From the NCBI GenBank assembly GCA_965113315.1, contig OZ220363.1: DNA of 64,000 nucleotides. One strand, given 5' to 3'. This DNA is from Podarcis vaucheri. Its lineage: Eukaryota. Shown here in pieces: positions 39,304 to 52,034 of this stretch. Positions within the stretch are counted from its first letter, which is position 1, and each line of letters opens with the position of its first letter. A model generated the notes under the pieces. The model was not told the DNA's origin, searched no databases, and worked only from the letters and a program-made list of their open reading frames with translations. Both the position numbers and the translations under genes were made by a program.

Positions 39304-39415
39304 TCTATGTATGAGAGACAAGGGATTGCTGTGATGCCACCAACAGTCCCTGGGAGTTCCCAAGGCCCGTTTCTGGGTGTACCACGAGGTACCGTGAGAA
39401 GACAAAAATCAATAG
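39304..39415 (+). CDS. SHANK2: SHANK2 coding exon
   Basis: T-rich tract tgtAG|TCT...ATAG|GTaaa. 112 nt; SMYERQGIAVMPPTVPGSSQGPFLGVPRGTVRRQKSI. Confidence 0.95.
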
Positions 39416-39959
39416 GTAAAATGAAACTTTCTACAAGCGACGTTTCATTATTTTCAACAATTGCTTACAGTGTTTGTTTCAAATGCATTTGTTCATGGGT
39501 TGATTTTGAGTCTTGATCAAATAGCCATTGCGTGAGAACAAACTGGCCCGTTCACATGTCATATTGAACCATAAAATAAGCTGTACTTTAATGTGAGAGA
39601 GTAGCATGCAAATGCATGTTTGAGAAATGGCAGGTATTTTGCTCTTCCCCCACTGCTCCTGCTGCTGCCGCATTGCTGTGAAACAAGATGTGGTTTTGCT
39701 TCTCAAGTTCATGGTTTATTTTTATCCAAACAAACCATGAGCAGAAGCCAAGGTTTGTTATTGGCTTACCACTTTGGGGAAAACAAATAATGAGTCCAGG
39801 TTTAGACAACATGACATACATACCAGACCATGGCTTGTTTCGTGGAAGCACAGCATGAGCAGCAGAAGAGCAAAGCATCTCTGCTTTTTAGAAGCATGCA
39901 GCAGCACATTCACATTAAACCATAGCTAAGATATCATGTGACATGTGAACCAGGCCAGT

Positions 39960-40467
39960 CAGTGGCAGAGGAAGCCGCTCGGGCACTCGGAGCGGCAAAC
40001 ATGATGTGCACCCGGGGGCGGGGCGTCGCCACATAGCACACATGTGCGGCATCGCTACGTACGACGCATGCGCCATACGTAGCGACGCCGCAGAAGCGCA
40101 CTACGTAGCAGTTTGCTGGCGGCAGGGTCCCGGGATCCTCTGCTCGTGGCTGCAGCCGCGAATGGAGGATCCTCTACATGCGGCTGCAGCCGCGAGCAGA
40201 GGATCCCGGCCAGCAAACCGCTAGGTGCCGCCACAAAACCGCTACGTAGCACACATGTGCGCAAGCGCACTACATAGCGGTTTGCCGGCAGCACAGTGTC
40301 GGGATCCTCTGCTTGTGGCTGCAGCCACATGTAGAAGAACCTTCATTCGCAGCTGCAGCAGCGTGATGGCTGCTTGCGGCGCCACGGTGGGGCACGGCCT
40401 TGTCACCCCTGGAGACGTGGCACCAGGAGCACACCGCCCCCACCGCTACCCCATTGCGACACCGCTG
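39960..40467. mobile_element. hAT-type MITE, GC-rich, 8-bp TSD
   Basis: TSD AGGCCAGT at 39952-39959 and 40468-40475; ends cagtgg...ccgctg. Confidence 0.85.
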
Positions 40468-42150
40468 AGGCCAGTGTCTGTCAATAACATTGGCTGAATA
40501 TTGCAACTGGAATTTGTGCTCTTTGAAATATACAATTTCTTAAGTAATTCATTTTTTTTTAGCTTGTTTATTTCAAATATTTATTTACTGCTTAATATCA
40601 GAATTTCTTAGCATACAAAATGCATTTATAAATCAATAAGTAACAAAGTAACCAACAGCAGACAATCCCTATAAAGTATGGTAAAATCCAAACCAAATTT
40701 AATACACATTTAAATTTTATGTTTATTGAATCAAAAGCATCTACTTTTGCACATTTGAAAATGTTTTAGCATTCTGATTTCCATGTGTAGAATTTTGTTT
40801 ATATCACAATGCCAAATTCATACTACAAAAAGAAGAACAATAATTTTTAAAAAGACTATATTGGTAAAAGTTACTCAGAAGTTAGTTTTAAATGCAATCA
40901 TTCTTCTTTGCTTTATAATTGTGTTTTATAATCTGTGTATATGTGATAAGATGGTATTTTTGTTCAAAATAATTACAGAAAGCTTTAGTAAAATATATAT
41001 TAATTGGTCCATTTTGCTGTAGAAGTATTTGGTTGTACAATGAGGAAGTTAAACAGAGTCAACATATGCTTTATGGAAATGTATTTTTCTGCAAAATGAT
41101 GTTGTTTTAGTCATATTGGAAACTTAGTCAAAGGTCTTATTCCCCACAATTTCAATTGCTATTCTTGCTGTAATAGCAATGGCAAGCAGAGACCAAAAAG
41201 ATACATTTAACACCAAACTTTAATTAGAGCAGGTTGCAATATGGGAGTTAAAGCTGAGAGGCAACGTTTTTCTTGTCCTTTCTTCTCCTTTATGTTTGAA
41301 GGGATATTCTCTTCCCTGGTGAAATAATGAAGTTATTCTTTGCAACTCTCTACATAAAAATAGTTACAGGAAATACAGTGAAAGAAATGTATATTATCAA
41401 CTATTACAAGGAATAGCAATCAGCCCATAGCTTAGATAGACCCTTTTGCTGCTGTTGTTTCATCCTGAACACAAACCAGCAAGCCAGCTATATTAATTAT
41501 TACTTCAGAGACTGTCTGTGTAAGGAGAGCATCTCTTTGCTCTGTCTGTACCAGGAAGTACCACAAGTAGCTTGTGAAGCCATTGCCTCATGCTGTGACC
41601 TGCCCTGGTTAGTGCTTCACGTCTAGCTTTCCAGCATGAAATCTAGCACCTCATACAACAGGTAGCAATCTCACTCCAAAGTTACATATGTTTGTTTGGA
41701 AGGTTGTTTCACAATGCCTCTCAATCCACTCTCTTTACCCATGTAGAAACATTGTTTTATCATGTTTCATGCATGGCCACCTATTCACAAATGCCAACAT
41801 GCATACATTTATTTATTTCTAAGCTTTCCTTTCCTTTCTTCTTCCAGTCTTTCACAGCTTTTGGCTGATAACTTCCTTTTATGCACAGTTCATAAAAAAA
41901 CATTACTTTAGGGATGCACAATTCTCTGTGCACATATGTAAGAAAATGCTGGAAGATCAGCATAGGGACACTGAGGCAAGCCAAAATGTAAACTGAAGAT
42001 CTAGTTGCAGACATCTTCTAAAACCAAACCATGCATAGTAATATATAATACAGTATTTTCTGTACCTGGTTTACTATGTCTTTGGTGACAATGGATGATA
42101 ATTAAAATTCAAGAGCAATTTAAAAATTGTAGCTTGTGATTTTTTTAAAG

Positions 42151-44566
42151 GGATAACAGAGGAAGAACGGCAATTTTTGGCTCCTCCCATGCTAAAATTT
42201 ACCAGAAGTCTATCCATGCCAGACACCTCTGAAGATATCCCTCCTCCTCCACAGTCTTTACCTCCATCACCACCACCTCCATCTCCTTCTCTTTACAACT
42301 CCCCCAAATCTCCAGTGTCTAGAATATATGGGACAATTAAGCCTGCATTTAATCAGAATTCAGGTGCAAAGTTAGCTATTTCAGGTAGATCTGAAAATAT
42401 GGGAACGGTGATAAGGGACAAAGGGATATATTACCGGAGAGAGATGGACCGTTATTCTCTAGATTCTGAGGACTTATATAGCAGAAATGCCTCAACTCAG
42501 GCAAGCTTCAGAAACAAGAGAGGTCAGATGCCGGAGAACCCATACTCTGAAGTTGGAAAAATAGCAAGCAAAGCAGTGTATGTCCCAGCCAAGCCAGCAA
42601 GACGGAAGGGAATGCTAGTGAAACAATCTAATGTTGAGGATAGTCCAGAAAAAACCTGCTCTATTCCAATTCCAACTATCATTGTTAAAGAGCCATCTAC
42701 CAGCAGTAGTGGGAAAAGTAGTCAAGGAAGCAGCATGGAAATTGACCCACAGTCTTCAGAGCAACCAGGACAGCTCAGACCTGAAGATAACTTGACTGTC
42801 AGTAGTCCATTTGCAGCAGCCATTGCAGGGGCAGTGAGGGATAGGGAGAAAAGATTAGAAGCCAGGCGTAACTCTCCAGCTTTCCTTTCCACAGATTTGG
42901 GAGATGAGGATGTTGGGCTATCGCCTCCAATGCCACGTTTGAGACAGTCTAAGTTTAGTGATGAGGGAATGTTTGGTAATGAAGACAACTTTAGGCAACT
43001 TGTATCACCATCTCCTATCCCAGCACCTAGAGAGCCTGAAAATATTTTTAATAGCAGTGAATCAAGTAATCAAAATGATGCAAGGACACCAAACCCTCCA
43101 ACCCCAACATCCATGGGTTCAGAAAATAATGTGTTGGCAACTCAGAATGCTGGTATGTCCAGTTTGGATAACTATGTTCATCCACTCACAGGGAAATTAC
43201 TGGATCCAAATTCACCTTTAGCCCTTGCCCTTTCTGCCAGAGATAGAGCCATGAAGGAACAAACCCAGCAAATTCCAGGGAAAGGAGAATCTGGCAAAGC
43301 AGACCTTAATAAACCCCTTTATATAGATACAAAGATGAGGTCCAACATCGAAACTACATTTCCAGTGACAGCTACAATTGCTAGGCAAAATACGCGTGGT
43401 CCACTAAGGCGGCAGGAGACGGAGAACAAATATGAGACAGATACGGGGAAAGAGAGAAGGCCTGAAGAAAAGAAGAACATGCTGATCAATATTGTGGATA
43501 CCTCACAGCAGAAGTCCGCTGGTTTGCTCATGGTTCATACGGTAGATACAGCGCAGTCCAATGAGACCCCTGATGAAAAGGAAGAGGAAAGTGCTGAGAT
43601 AGATGTGGATACTGAAAAGCCTCCACCAGAGGCGCAGGAAAGTACAGAAACAGCAGAAAGTGGACTAGATGAAGCTGACATGCCTGAGCTACCTGCATCT
43701 CCCTGCAAAACTATTGTAGCAGTTGGCTCCGTTGATGATCCAATCATTTTACCGTTCCGTATCCCTCCACCCCCTTTAGCATCTGTTGACCTTGATGAAG
43801 ATTTCATCTTTACTGAGCCATTACCACCGCCTTTAGAATTTGCTAACAGTTTTGATATCCCAGATGACCATTCTGTCCCAGGCTCTGCACTAACAGACTT
43901 GCTCAAACACAGAAAAAATGGAACTCCGCCTGCTTCATTCAATCCTACTCAACCCTCAAATTCAATAGACAGTAAGAAACCAGTGGGTCTTTCAAACTGT
44001 TTGCCTGCCTCATTTTTACCACCGCCTGAAAATTTTGATAATGTCACTGACTCTGGGATTGAAGAGGTGGACAGTCGAAGCAGTAGTGACCATCACCTAG
44101 AGACAACCAGCACTATCTCAACTGTGTCCAGCATCTCTACCTTATCCTCTGAAGGTGGTGAGAACTTGGATACTTGTACAGTCTATGCAGATGGGCAAAC
44201 ATTTCTGGTGGACAAACCCCCAGTACCTCCTAAGCCAAAAATGAAGCCCATAATCAACAAAAGCAATGCACTTTACAAGGATGCGCTAATTGAAGAAACT
44301 GTAGATAGTTTTGTTATTCCTCCACCTGCCCCACCCCCACCTCCTATCAGCGCACAGCCCGGTATGGCTAAAGTTGTACAGCAAAGGACCTCTAAGCTAT
44401 GGGGTGATGTAACGGAGGTTAAAAGCCCAGTTCTCTCAGGCCCAAAGGCTAATGTCATTAGTGAATTGAACTCAATACTGCAGCAAATGAACAGAGAGAA
44501 ATCATCAAAGCCAGGGGAAGGATTGGAGTCACCTCCAGGAATAAAAACAGCAAGTCTTAGTACAAG
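42151..44566 (+). CDS. SHANK2: SHANK2 large proline-rich exon, with Homer ligand PPLEF at 43827-43841 and cortactin-SH3 ligand KPPVPPKP at 44214-44237
   Basis: ttttaaAG|GGATAACA...ACAAG|GTaaat. 2416 nt, phase 1-2; contains the 797-aa ORF of the track (GITEEERQFLAPPMLKFTRSLSMPDTSEDIPPPP...). Confidence 0.98.
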
Positions 44567-46119
44567 GTAAATGCAACTAAATTATTTTTTAAGTCTATAG
44601 TTTCCGTAAGTTTAAATTGCCTTTGCTTTCATTAATAATGTCTTAAATACCATTTAATCTTATGTTTAAAATGCATGGTATTAATGCTCCAGTGTTAATT
44701 TTTGACCCTCTTAAAAATCTACAAAATACGTTAATTGCTATTATCATTTTTCACCTTTGCCCTTCTTTGTTTATGATATTAACACATATTGAAACATGCT
44801 ATCTTTTACTATGCTGCTAGTTAAGAATCAATTTCACCTCTCCTTTCTAGAATCCCTGGTTATGTGTTTTATGGTTTACCCCTAACTTCTCCACATTTAA
44901 TGAAAAGGTTTCAAAGTGGCTCTAAGTGACAGCTGACTGGTTATAGTTCTGATTTAATTTCAAGTTGATATTGCTTCAGCAGTAGCTATCTTATTTAGAA
45001 TGTGTTGAGTAGTTTTGTGTGTTTTATTTTGCATGATACATATGTTTAGTTTACAATGCAAAGGGCCACATGTGGCGCTGCATGTATTTGCCAAGGTTTT
45101 TCGTCTTCCTGCTGCAATCCATTACAACCTCCAACAAAGCACTCCTGAGAATCCAGTTGGAGGTGGAAGGAAAGAGAGAAATCAGCAGTCCCACATGCAA
45201 ATGTAGAAGTGCTTTCTGCTCACACCTTTGGATCCCAGCCAGAATCTCTCTATGCTTTTTTAGTAAATGAAATAAAAATCTGTCCTTTATTTGATAACAA
45301 ATATTCTAATGCAACTTTAGAAAAAACCAAAAGTGACACATTTAATCTCAAAAATATTTATTTTATTGCATGGGCTTCAGCGCGTGCAGGAAAGGAGAAT
45401 GCACTAATGGACCATATTCTGGTTTCATTTTTTAAAATCAAGTTTCCTGCTGGATCATACCAGCTGCTCATTTGGTCTAGCATCTTGTTCTCACACTGTG
45501 CACATTCAGTTACTCCAGTAAAGCGATCAAGGTACATTAATGATTTGTTGTTTGAGCTGTTTGGTTTTAATTGTTGGAAGAAGAGTAGTCACAAAGCCTG
45601 TCCTTTAGTCTTTTCTAGGGTGGCCAGAGACAAAGGATACAAGGGCTTTTGCACCTCTCTCAATTGTGGAATTTTGTTGTGTGCATCTTATCATGCAGGG
45701 GTGAAAGCAGCTGCACTTTCAAAAAAATCATTTTCTACACAGCTATTAAAAATGTGAGAGGTCTGTCATCCTCTCCTCTTCATCAGAGCATACAACTGCC
45801 ATGGTCAATAATACATTACTTTTTAAAAACTTTTTTTTAAAAAACATGTTCTCCATGGTGGTAGTATATGGTGGCAGGGTCAGCTTTGTCATCCCATCTT
45901 CAACCACCCTGCCTTACAGCCAGTACCACTGAAAGATTGCATTTGTCAGACATATTTTTAAAGTCAATATTGTGAAATTTATTGAGCCTTTGGGTGGATT
46001 TGTTGCACTTGCTATGATAGGTTCTAGGACTTTCAACTGAAGGTAGTGACCCATGGTAGCGGAACAGTAGAGTGATGTAAGAAACCCCAAACTCTGAATG
46101 TACCATTTTTTACCTGTTG

Positions 46120-46162
46120 TTGAGCCTGGCTTTGGCCGGGGAGGGCAAGATACAAAAAAAAA

Positions 46163-46206
<44 letters not shown>
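46120..46206 (+). mobile_element. L2 3'-terminal fragment with (TTA)n tail
   Basis: tgagcctggctttggccggggagggc matches the 3' stem-loop at 21272-21298 and is followed by (TTA)n. Confidence 0.7.
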
Positions 46207-46209
<3 letters not shown>

Positions 46210-46271
46210 GGACCTGTTTCCTAGCAAAGTTTAAGCTTCAGCTACATGGGGACAGGTTTTATGTGGTAGAG

Positions 46272-46451
46272 CAGGGGTGTCCAACAGGTAGATCACGATC
46301 TACTGGTAGATTGCGTGGGGTCTGTGGTAGATCGCAGTCGATCGTGGAACCCTCCCCCCCCAAAAAAAGAAAGCTCAACAACTTTGGTAGATCACTGCGT
46401 TTTTTTTATAGTAAGAGTAGATCTCAGTCTCTTGAAAGTTGGACATGCCTG
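46272..46451. mobile_element. hAT MITE (180 bp), 8-bp TSD
   Basis: TIR caggggtgtccaac/gttggacatgcctg; TSD TGGTAGAG at 46264-46271 and 46452-46459. Confidence 0.9.
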
Positions 46452-48164
46452 TGGTAGAGAATTGTCATGACTCCCTCTGCCCATTACCATACATCTTATT
46501 GTATAATACAAATGATCCACAGGGATCCTATGTGCACAGACACTCAATTCTTGTGTCAGTTCTCACTCAAACTAGGGATCACATACCAGTGGGCAGTGAT
46601 GAAATTTCTATGTGGAGCTTCCATATCATGTTACTTTATGGGTCGAATGGGTGTGTGTGCTGTGCTGCTTCTCCAATATAATAAGCCAAGTGAATATCTA
46701 AACCACAAATGGATACCTAAAAATTATACTCCTGTTAGTGAACCTAGCAGTTCTTATTTGTTCTTCCCTTTCATTTAGCAATCTGATTTACCAGTGAATA
46801 GGCAAAGGGTTCATAAGGTGTACTCTTTGTAAAGTATTTATTTTATTTATTTCACTCCTGCCTTTTTATAAAACATAACTTTTAGGTGTAGGAAGGACAC
46901 ATTACTGATTTTCCCCTTCCCCTTGAAAATATGCTCCAGAAGATTTGTGGACCTTCCAGAACAGTGTTGTGGCTATGGGAAGAAGTGGGGTGGGATCATA
47001 CAAAGGGCTTCAACCATTTCTTCCAGTTCCAGTAGAAATCTTCTCTGGATCTCCGTCCTTTCCATATATGGAAGAAGCCCTTCTGTTCAGGAAAGGCCAA
47101 ATCGGAACCAAACTTGTAATATCAAAAGTACTGCTAAGTTTCTGTTACTCTATAAATTACAATGTTCTCCCTGTTCCAGGGGTCTGTTGGCACTCAGAGG
47201 TGCACATGGAATTCCCAAAAAATGTTGGTTTCCATTAGTTTCAATGGAGGGAGCTAAAACACAACAGGATTTACTCTTTCTATTCTTGGCTTAGGTCGCA
47301 GAGTGAGGAAAATCCAAAGGCACGGAGAGTCATATCCACAAGAGCTTGCTAAATCATGAAGTTTAAGTAATAATCAAAATGTGGCTAGCTTTCTGCTTGT
47401 TGTAGAGATGTGAACAGTATGGTTTGTGTGTCTTCAGTGTGTATTAGCAGTATTTGGAAATTATAATATTGGAAAGCGTATGTAGAATTGGCAGCCAAAT
47501 TTGCCATGACATTTGTGGCTTTCAGTAAGGAAATGTAGCAATCCTAGCAGTATACTGGAGTGTTGATTAACTTTGCAACTTTCAGTTTAGTATGAAGATT
47601 CATTTAATTTTAATAAGCAAATTAAGGTAATTTCTTCCTGTGCTGCATACTTATTAAAAATTTGTCCACTCAGCTGGCAGTGGAAGTCCCAATTATAAAC
47701 CAACTTAAATGTTAAGGTACTTCACAGTAATTGTATCAGTGCGATTCTTTCCTATGGTGCCAGTACACTCACCTTTTAATCAGATTTCCCTAATGGGGTA
47801 TAACAAATATAACATAGCTAAAACATATGAATTAAACTAGACAGAATTAAGGCAGTTTAAAGAAAAAGGATGCCACTCTATATTGACAATGTCATTGTCA
47901 ATTTTACAAGCTTATCTTGTAGTATCATTTGGATACAGATTTCCCTGAAAACTGTTTATTTTTCCGCATTGCTATAGTTTGTAGGTTCTAGAAATAAAAA
48001 TCTGTATACTTCCATATACTGATATTTGAACAATGGAAGGGTTTTTTCCTCATTGACTTTTATGTCATATTTCAAGAAGTAAAAACCAGGACACCCTGAA
48101 TGTTGTTTCTTCTTTTTTGTTTTTCAAAAACGCCGGGAACCACGATTTATTGTATTGATTTAGG

Positions 48165-48273
48165 CATGGGCATAGTCAAGGGGGGCAGTAAAGCAACAGA
48201 ATTACTTAACTAGATGGCCAATCACATCGGTTCTGTACCCCCCCCCCAAAAAAAAGTCCTGGCTACACCCATA
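48165..48273. mobile_element. Small degenerate MITE
   Basis: catgggcatagtcaagg ... cctggctacacccata imperfect inverted ends; TSD not evident. Confidence 0.4.
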
Positions 48274-48474
48274 CATGTGTGCATTAGAAGGCACCACCAG
48301 CTGTAGAACAGTGGTTTTCTGAGAGTGTAAAAAGCCTTGAAAATTGCTTTCGGAGAGTGCTCTCACTAATTTACATTCACACAAACACACACCCAGCAAT
48401 TCACACATTCAGCAATTGCTTCTTGCTCCTCTTGCAAGTGTATAAAGGGCAAAATTAAGAGTGCTCTTCCTCCC

Positions 48475-48510
<36 letters not shown>
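48475..48510 (+). repeat. (CT)n(CA)n compound microsatellite
   Basis: Direct. Confidence 0.9.
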
Positions 48511-49426
48511 TTGAAAAGATATAACCAGCCTACCTCCGTAGCAGTCTTAAGAGTTTGGATGTTTCCAAACAAGTTTTCCACCCTTTGGAGGAAAAAAAAT
48601 ATATTTCAACTACTATGCATTTCAAAGACACATTTGTGTGTGTGTGTGTTGAAATTATGCCATCAAAACCAAGTGCATAGTAAAATTGCCAAAATAAAAG
48701 AATTAAGTCCTTAGCTGAATTCAATCTGTAAATGACAAGCATAAAAAATCAGTCCCTGAGCAGATGGGTTAGTTTTTGTTCTTTGTACTCCCATCCTGCT
48801 TTAAGCTGTTTATGGGAAGAAATTGGGTGTCCTTGCCACATAATCTTTGTTAAATTAATCTTACAAAAAGCAAATTATAAAGACCTCACAAAAGCCTGTT
48901 GATTATCAGAGAGCAGCTGTTAGAGCTCCTTCTCCCCGGCTTTTATTATAAACTCTGTACTCCCTACCACCACCACCCATTCATAAATACGCAGGTAAAT
49001 ACATTAGCAAGTCAATAAGCAGGTTAATCTACCTCTGAACCAAATAGTTGTATTAAAACACAATGATCAAGTATCCACTGAATAATTACTGTATCAATAG
49101 AGTAAAGGAGGTAACTGTGAAGAGGGAAAGAAAGGGGCAGGAAGCATCTTGAACAATTTAGGCTGGAACCAGTATCTGTTATCCTGGAGGTTTATTCTAA
49201 TCCATAATGATGTTACAATAGTTGCAGGGTTGCCAGCCTGAAACTGTTGACTTAATATCTTATTCAGGGAAGATTCTGTTCTTCTGACACTCTTTTGTAC
49301 GCTAGTGATATTTTTTACTATGTGTCCTCAGTCCTTCCTGAAGCCAGGAGGTATTCAAGTGTTTCATTGCCATGCATTAATATACTGAGTTGTAAATGTT
49401 TCATTGTTGACACAATTTTGCCCCAG

Positions 49427-49430
49427 ACAG
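49427..49430 (+). CDS. SHANK2: Candidate 4-nt frameshifting SHANK2 microexon (ACAG)
   Basis: ttttgccccAG|ACAG|GTAAGT: consensus donor 4 nt after an acceptor that has a UGC motif. Inclusion shifts the last exon to a stop at 59176-59178. Confidence 0.55.
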
Positions 49431-49925
49431 GTAAGTGAAAAGTAAATCAAGAAGATGAGTATAAGCATTGGCAGATGTTGAATTGGTCACCTTTGAACCT
49501 CATAACCTTAGAGTTTCATAAATAACCCAACAATCAGAGAGGTGTTTTTTTAAAAGCTGAACTTTGTTACATCCTTTACTTTCACTTCATCTTGTTAACT
49601 GTTTGTCGGCCAATTTTGCAGATGCTTTTGCTTTGTAACTCTACAGTGTCTCAGTCATTCCATTTTGTCATTTTATTTGCTCTCATGACTGCCGTTAACA
49701 GAAGAGGGGCATTCTGAAGTGCCAAGAAGTAAGTGACAACCAAAGGGGGTTTATTTGGGGGTTGTTTCTTTTTTTAATCCATGCATTGGTTCACATTAGT
49801 TACTTTTTGTTCGTTTTTCATTCATAGTTTGGATTAGATATTTCTCCTATCCAGAAGTGGTAGCCATTCTTTAAAATTCACCATAGGTCTTCAACATTAG
49901 ACCCTTTCTTACATAAATTTCACTA

Positions 49926-50058
49926 ACAGATGGGTAGCCGTGTTGGTCTGCCATAGTCCAAATAAAAAAATTCCTTCCTGTAGCACCTTAAAGACCAACT
50001 AAGTTAGTTCTTAGAACTAACTTAGTTGGTCTTTAAGGTGCTACAGGAAGGAATTTTT
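49926..50058. mobile_element. Penelope-like fragment with perfect fold-back and 13-bp TSD
   Basis: gggtagccgtgttggtctg...gcaccttaaagaccaac resembles squamate Penelope termini. TSD ATAAATTTCACTA at 49913-49925 and 50059-50071; 46-bp perfect arms. Confidence 0.75.
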
Positions 50059-50522
50059 ATAAATTTCACTAGTACTCCTGTTAGGTATCATTCGTCAAGA
50101 AATAGGAAAAGGGTCAGGTAACTTTAAGGACATTTTCTATGAGTTCTGGGTGTGGTTTTCCAGGCTAATTAGGCACAGATGGTGGTGTGTATAAAGAGAA
50201 GAAGTTGCAGTTTGCAACTGCCTGCAAAAAGAAAACACCCACATGCTTTGTGTTTGTTGTTTGTATAGCCTTAATAAAACTCTTGTTTGAGTGTTTTACA
50301 CCAGTCTTGTGGTTCTGTCATCTGCCACCAGGGAAAATTTGCCTCCAACAACTCCAACTCTAGAGTTAGTGAAAGTGTGTAGTTAAAAAAAAATTAAATT
50401 AAAATATGAGGAATTGAGCCAAAGGATAAAATTCAGCCATGTCTAAGCCTTGTTGAAATCAATGACACAGTCAAATGCTTAATTTATATTGCATTGTACT
50501 TGTAAAGCCTCTTACCTAGTGT

Positions 50523-50724
50523 CAGTGATGACTGGTGCCCATTGGGAATGATAGGGCAGAAGGCCAGGTGACCAACAGTAGAGAGAGCCAGAGCCAGAGC
50601 CAGTGATTGGCAGAGCCATCCCCTAACTGGTTAAAAGTTGGACGTCAAACAGATATGAGTGCCTGAGAGCAGAATGAGGTTGATGGGGCAATGCCCATTA
50701 ACCCCAATGGACCAACCTCCACTG
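50523..50724. mobile_element. hAT-type MITE
   Basis: cagtg...cactg ends; TSD CCTAGTGT/CCTAGTAT (7/8). Confidence 0.7.
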
Positions 50725-52034
50725 CCTAGTATGGTGGCATGAACTATTGGCACGAACGATTAAGTTATTGTTCAGGTTGCTGAAAGTTTTCAGTTCAGTT
50801 TCTGTGAGGGAAAGGGAGAGTGTCAGTTTGGTTGGGAGTAAGAAGTTGCACGGGGGCAGACTTAGGACTGAAAATAGGTCCTGGGTTGTAGAGAAGTTAT
50901 TGGACAGAAAATTTAGAGACAAGGAATCCGAAGGAAGGCTCTGAGGAGGACAATCTTGAAAGTAAAGTAAGCGGAGAATGAGGTAAGGTGCAAAGATGAC
51001 AGAACTGTGGCAAAAGTGGTCTCTGAAGAAACTTCACATAGCTTATGTCACTCCTGACATATGCTGTAGAAGGAGAGCTGGGTAGGCTAGTTAAGAAAAA
51101 TATAGGTAACAAAGTAGCTGTTAGGTCTATAACAGCCTTCATCAAACTGGTGCCTTCCATATGTTTTGGACTACAACTCCCATGAGCCCCAGCCAGCATG
51201 GCCAGGTTGGCAAAGACTTATCTAGAATCTAAATACACCAAGAAAATTCTGCCAGTTATTAATTCTGCCTTTGGTGTAGCGTTGTGAAATGGCAACTAGT
51301 ATCAATAAGCAGTGCAGGTGACTGTATTTCACATATTGAGATTTTCTAGGCAGCCATTTCTTCTAGTCTATAATTGTATTGCACATAATTATGATGATAG
51401 AGAAGCCTCTGGTATTTGTTGGCTGAGCTGGTGCAAACTCATGCACTTTCCCAACTGCCAAGGAAACAGTGTTGTCAGAATATTTTCTGAGGCAAGGAGG
51501 ACCTCTGAAGAAATTGCATAATGCTTAAGGACTAGAAGGTCTATGGGGGAAGAGAGAGGAATGTTGTGGAGAATCTGCACATGCAGCAGATTGGCTAAAG
51601 CAGTGGGACAAAGTAGGCAGTGCATTAAAAAGCAGAGGTCTGAGGAAACGATGGGTGGGGAAGGGATGGGAGTTTAAGAAAACAAGAGCCAATGAAAACT
51701 TCAGATGGGGCCTAGGAACAATAGTGGCAAGACAGAAGTCTGAGTGTCACTTCTGGAGGGCTGGAGACTATTCTGGGTTGAAGACTATCAGGTTATAATG
51801 GAACTGCTATTCATTTAAGAGATACATAGATTGGAATTTGTGTTAGTGGTGGCATCTGCTGACTCCACCTCCCCACTTCCCACCAAAGCTGGGGTTGCAT
51901 GGCTTACCAGGTTACATGTCTGTAGCGTTGGCTTCCAGGTTCCCCTCCCAGAGAAGTGGTCGCAACCGGCTTCCACCAAAATCTCACCAGAACTCAGAAG
52001 CCTGCACTGCAGCTGCTGCTTCTGTGAGGTGTTC

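Noticed and set aside
41511-41519. Possible 9-nt microexon cagAG|ACTGTCTGT|GTaagg
   Set aside because: Weak pyrimidine tract, competing upstream AG, T at the donor -1 position, and no match to any Shank2 insert I know.
42177-44570. 797-aa intronless gene
   Set aside because: It is the internal large exon of SHANK2 (true bounds 42151-44566). The TTG start and TAA end come from reading across splice sites.
45209-45757. 182-aa ORF
   Set aside because: GTG start, intron-like composition, no recognisable motif and no convincing flanking splice sites.
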